NCBI RefSeq assembly: GCF_001194135.2 | Contig: NC_068997.1 | Location: forward strand, 19,037,443-19,075,252 | Reading direction: 5' to 3' | Length of the DNA: 37,810 bases | From: Octopus bimaculoides | Taxonomy: Eukaryota | Part shown: piece by piece, positions 33,852 to 37,810 of the stretch | How positions within the stretch are numbered: position 1 is the stretch's first letter | Layout of the letters: each line of letters starts with the position of its first letter | Notes under the pieces: generated by a model | The model's database searches: none | Seen by the model: the letters and a program-made list of their open reading frames with translations, nothing else | Told to the model about the DNA's origin: nothing | Program-made: the position numbers and the translations under genes

Positions 33852-34130
33852 ATCCTATAATAAAATGTTTTTAAAAAAAGGTACTCTTTCTCAAGCTCAC
33901 AAAGAAGCTTTGTTTTATTTNNNNNNNNNNNNNNNNNNNNNNNNNNNNNNNNNNNNNNNNNNNNNNNNNNNNNNNNNNNNNNNNNNNNNNNNNNNNNNNN
34001 NNNNNNNNNNNNNNNNNNNNNNNNNNNNNNNNNNNNNNNNNNNNNNNNNNNNNNNNNNNNNNNNNNNNNNNNNNNNNNNNNNNNNNNNNNNNNNNNNNNN
34101 NNNNNNNNNNNNNNNNNNNNNNNNNNNNNN

Positions 34131-35075
34131 NATCGCTTAACTTTCGTTCCTTGTCTCGGCCACCGTCTGATTATGCTAGATCGTATATTTTCCCGCTTCT
34201 TGTGGAAGGGACGCGTCTCGATGGTCAAGCGATCTATCTGCTGTCAACACCCGCTGCGTAGTGACCTGGGCATACAGCGACTGATGATGCGCAGACATGC
34301 GCTGAAGCGACGACATCTCCAGTGCTTCCTTGATGGTGAAAATGTGTAGTCGCCGTTCGCCAAACACGCATTTCCGCAGCTAGTTTCTTTAACGGAGCTG
34401 CAGTCCTGGGTAAAACAGAAACCGAGAGGGAGCATTTGGAAAGTGGAATGTCTTCAAACGCTCACAGCCCTCAGCCAAGCGGACACTGCGATAGGTGGAA
34501 AGTCCATTTTAGCATTTTATAGAGGATTAGTAGTGGAAAAGTGCGATGACATTCTTGGATAATTTCCAAAAATTTCTGGTCTAGATGTGCTACTGCGGAT
34601 CTTTGCCTGTTCAAGAAAAACTTTACAGACACGGAAATGCCGTCAGTTGAGCATGTCCACTATGCGCACAGTACGACGAGACGGTCCTACATGCACTCGT
34701 CCAGTGTCCGAGCATTGCTGACCTGTAGGTTTATGTCGAATACCTGCTGTTGCGTGTAGGACGGATCCAACTGTCAACTGAATCCATTGTGAAGATCGTC
34801 CCGCCGCCTTCCTTTAACCGAGAAGGAAAGGCTGTGTTTATATGCCTGGTGGTCATGGCGAAAGAGGTTGTGTGGTGGACGAGATTGAAGGGACTGAAGA
34901 CAAACACTTTCTCGTTGGCCAATCCCTGATGAACTTCTTCCAGTTTCACTTGAAAAGGAAAATAAGGATAGAGAGGGAAGTGTTGTCTTCCAGCCACTTT
35001 GCTGAAAGATGAATGAAAGTAACGAGAATGGTGCGAGTGAACGGGCTTGCCCCGAGCATACGCCTGTAGTTGGAA
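34131..35075 (+). mobile_element. L1/Tx1-clade LINE ORF2 3' fragment, decayed
   Basis: RFLWKGRVSMVKRSICCQHPLRSDLGI (FLW.G...GGLG motif) and CCHC knuckle CPLCAQYDETVLHALVQC followed by KEVVWWTRLK, with in-frame stops; ends at an A-rich tract. Confidence 0.85.
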
Positions 35076-35954
35076 AAAAGAAAAAAAAGACACCTGCCCC
35101 AAAAGTCATTGTTTTTTATGGGGGTTTTTCCATGAGNNNNNNNNNNNNNNNNNNNNNNNNNNNNNNNNNNNNNNNNNNNNNNNNNNNNNNNNNNNNNNNN
35201 NNNNNNNNNNNNNNNNNNNNNNNNNNNNNNNNNNNNNNNNNNNNNNNNNNNNNNNNNNNNNNNNNNNNNNNNNNNNNNNNNNNNNNNNNNNNNNNNNNNN
35301 NNNNNNNNNNNNNNNNNNNNNNNNNNNNNNNNNNNNNNNNNNNNNNNNNNNNNNNNNNNNNNNNNNNNNNNNNNNNNNNNNNNNNNNNNNNNNNNNNNNN
35401 NNNNNNNNNNNNNNNNNNNNNNNNNNNNNNNNNNNNNNNNNNNNNNNNNNNNNNNNNNNNNNNNNNNNNNNNNNNNNNNNNNNNNNNNNNNNNNNNNNNN
35501 NNNNNNNNNNNNNNNNNNNNNNNNNNNNNNNNNNNNNNNNNNNNNNNNNNNNNNNNNNNNNNNNNNNNNNNNNNNNNNNNNNNNNNNNNNNNNNNNNNNN
35601 NNNNNNNNNNNNNNNNNNNNNNNNNNNNNNNNNNNNNNNNNNNNNNNNNNNNNNNNNNNNNNNNNNNNNNNNNNNNNNNNNNNNNNNNNNNNNNNNNNNN
35701 NNNNNNNNNNNNNNNNNNNNNNNNNNNNNNNNNNNNNNNNNNNNNNNNNNNNNNNNNNNNNNNNNNNNNNNNNNNNNNNNNNNNNNNNNNNNNNNNNNNN
35801 NNNNNNNNNNNNNNNNNNNNNNNNNNNNNNNNNNNNNNNNNNNNNNNGCAGAATATTTACTGCAGCCCATCTTTTATGCCAAGATAAAACAATGTACATG
35901 ATAATACTTCCAATCAGTTAAGATAAGAAACCATGAAAGCCACTGCCTGGTACT

Positions 35955-36287
35955 GCATTATTATCGTTTTTATCATTATTATTATTATTGTTGTTGTTGT
36001 TATTATTATTGTTGTTGCTGTTGTTGTTGCGTCTGGAAGAAATGGCCGAGAGAAAGCTGTCCCCGAAAGGTTGGGCACGTGATCTTTGCAGGTTCTCTGG
36101 GATCGGTGAACTCGTAATGAGATGTTTGGACACAATTCCTTGGATGTTGGCGATTCCTTGGATTTGGCACGAATGACTGGACACTCGGTTTGTTTTGACG
36201 ACTATGTTTTGGCGTAGGAGACAAATGCATACGGACGCTCACGCAGAAATATACACATCCAGAGAGAGTGAGAGACAGAGCGGGAAG

Positions 36288-36320
<33 letters not shown>

Positions 36321-36350
36321 TGTGTGTGTGTGTGTGTGTGNNNNNNNNNN

Positions 36351-36400
<50 letters not shown>
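35955..36400. repeat. ATT/GTT trinucleotide and AG/GT dinucleotide microsatellites around a short unique segment
   Basis: Direct simple repeats at about 35955-36028 and 36260-36400. Confidence 0.85.
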
Positions 36401-36402
<2 letters not shown>

Positions 36403-36879
36403 AAGCATTAAGATGTCTGATGTCAAATGTCAAATAAGTTAGCGTCGAATCGACGACACCAAAGAAGGGGCGCTAAAACGGCTCTTACTCCACACCCCGT
36501 GCTTATAAAATTCTGTTTGAACTGTTGCAGGGAAGACATAAGCAGAGACAAAATTCCAAGAAAACGATATTCTGGAGATAAAGGACAGAGCAAAATGGTC
36601 GAGAGGATGCTTGAACGGTGGAGTTAGGAAACCAACCAGCTCCAAGAAACAGGAGCCATTAGGGTAGCGATAGAAAAGACATAGAAAGGAGACAGCACAC
36701 TTGTGGACCAAATACTGGAGTATGTAACGTATTTATTGAAATTCGATCTCTAACGATATTTGGACATCCTAATTGTATTCTTATTTAATTTTTCTAATGA
36801 GTATTTGCTTAACAAAATTTAGGTAATTAAGATGTTCAGCAAAACACTATTCAATACAAGATAAAGGGGAAAAAACGTC

Positions 36880-37779
36880 AGGACGACAACGACAAGACGA
36901 CGACGACAGGACGACGAAGACGAAGACGACGGGTCGACAACGACGACGATGACGGGTCAATAACTACGATGACCATGAAGATGATGATAATCAGGATCAT
37001 CATCATCTTCGTGATAAATCATCTCAGCGACGACGGCGAGCCCTCCGCCAATCTTGAAGCTTCTGAATTGCCGTTTCTAAAACCTTTTCCTTAACTTGAC
37101 GCTGACTCCAATAACAACAACAGCAACGTCGACAAAAACACAGCGATTAGGACGATAACAATGATTATAATAATAATAATAAAGAGGAGGAGAGAATGCT
37201 CATGAAACTTACCTATTATTTCTGTTTGCTGTTTCTTTTTTTTTTTTTTTTTTTTCTAAGCGCGTGTTATCTTTTTTCCACTTGTGTGATAAGTAAAGAC
37301 CAGTCGAAGTAATCAGCTCTTACTGTTGTAGTGCGGCTTGCAGTGAACCAGTTTAGAATTGAATCGTATTTTAAAACAAGTCGTATTTATAAACCATTCA
37401 GACTCAAGTATTTTCACTTTTGATTCAAGCTTAGCTTTTGTTGTTTATTTTCGTTTTTGTTTCCCCTTGTGTTTGTTTTATATGTTTTTCATTTATAGTG
37501 GTGTGTTTTGTTTTGGCGTTAATATCATTATCATCATCATCATCATCATCATCATCATTATTATAATTATTATTACTATTAACAATTGAATATAGACGAC
37601 ATCACTTAAGAAGAGTGTTTTAAAAGCTGATTGGACAACTAAAAAAACAGAAAATGGCGAAGGGTGATAATTATTTCACTGCTCTTGAAGAATGATTGGC
37701 TCATTGCTCTATAGAAACGGATTTAGAAAAATGCACACACGCGCGCACTCGCACTCGCACACACACATACCTACATACA

Positions 37780-37810
<31 letters not shown>
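36880..37810. repeat. Low-complexity GAC/GAT/AAT tracts and terminal (CATA)n
   Basis: Degenerate (GAC)n at 36880-36990, (ATC/ATT)n at 37520-37580, (ACAT)n at the window end. Confidence 0.8.

Noticed and set aside
36880-37060. Asp-rich coding exon
   Set aside because: Degenerate GAC/GAT simple repeat with stops; no start or splice context.

Overview
Gapped, microsatellite- and transposon-rich eukaryotic genomic DNA. The SINE/RTE repeat families match ones I recall from Octopus, so the species assignment is an inference. Ten N-gaps, many of them abutting simple repeats, hide part of the window. Three host-type, spliced protein-coding genes are supportable. (1) A minus-strand gene of unrecognised family, with coding exons 4428-4333 and 2831-2453. 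(2) Divergent from it, a plus-strand two-exon gene (6738-7437 joined to 12125-12417, 330 aa) encoding a Merlin/IS1595-type transposase. It has a 4.7-kb TE-filled GT-AG intron, no flanking TIRs and a broken DDE triad, so it is a strong candidate for a domesticated transposase. (3) The two 3' exons of a minus-strand ETFBKMT/METTL20 mitochondrial lysine methyltransferase. The rest is decayed TEs: several Tc1/mariner lineages, a pogo-like element, Penelope (RT + GIY-YIG), RTE and L1/Tx1 LINE fragments, and many tRNA-derived SINEs. Beyond the ORF track I found an 89-bp GGTAA-ended MITE with telomere-like repeats upstream of the Merlin gene, an intact type I hammerhead ribozyme at 27142-27233, and two degenerate hammerheads, one of them fused to a tRNA-like head. 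No database searches were run; family names come from motif recognition.
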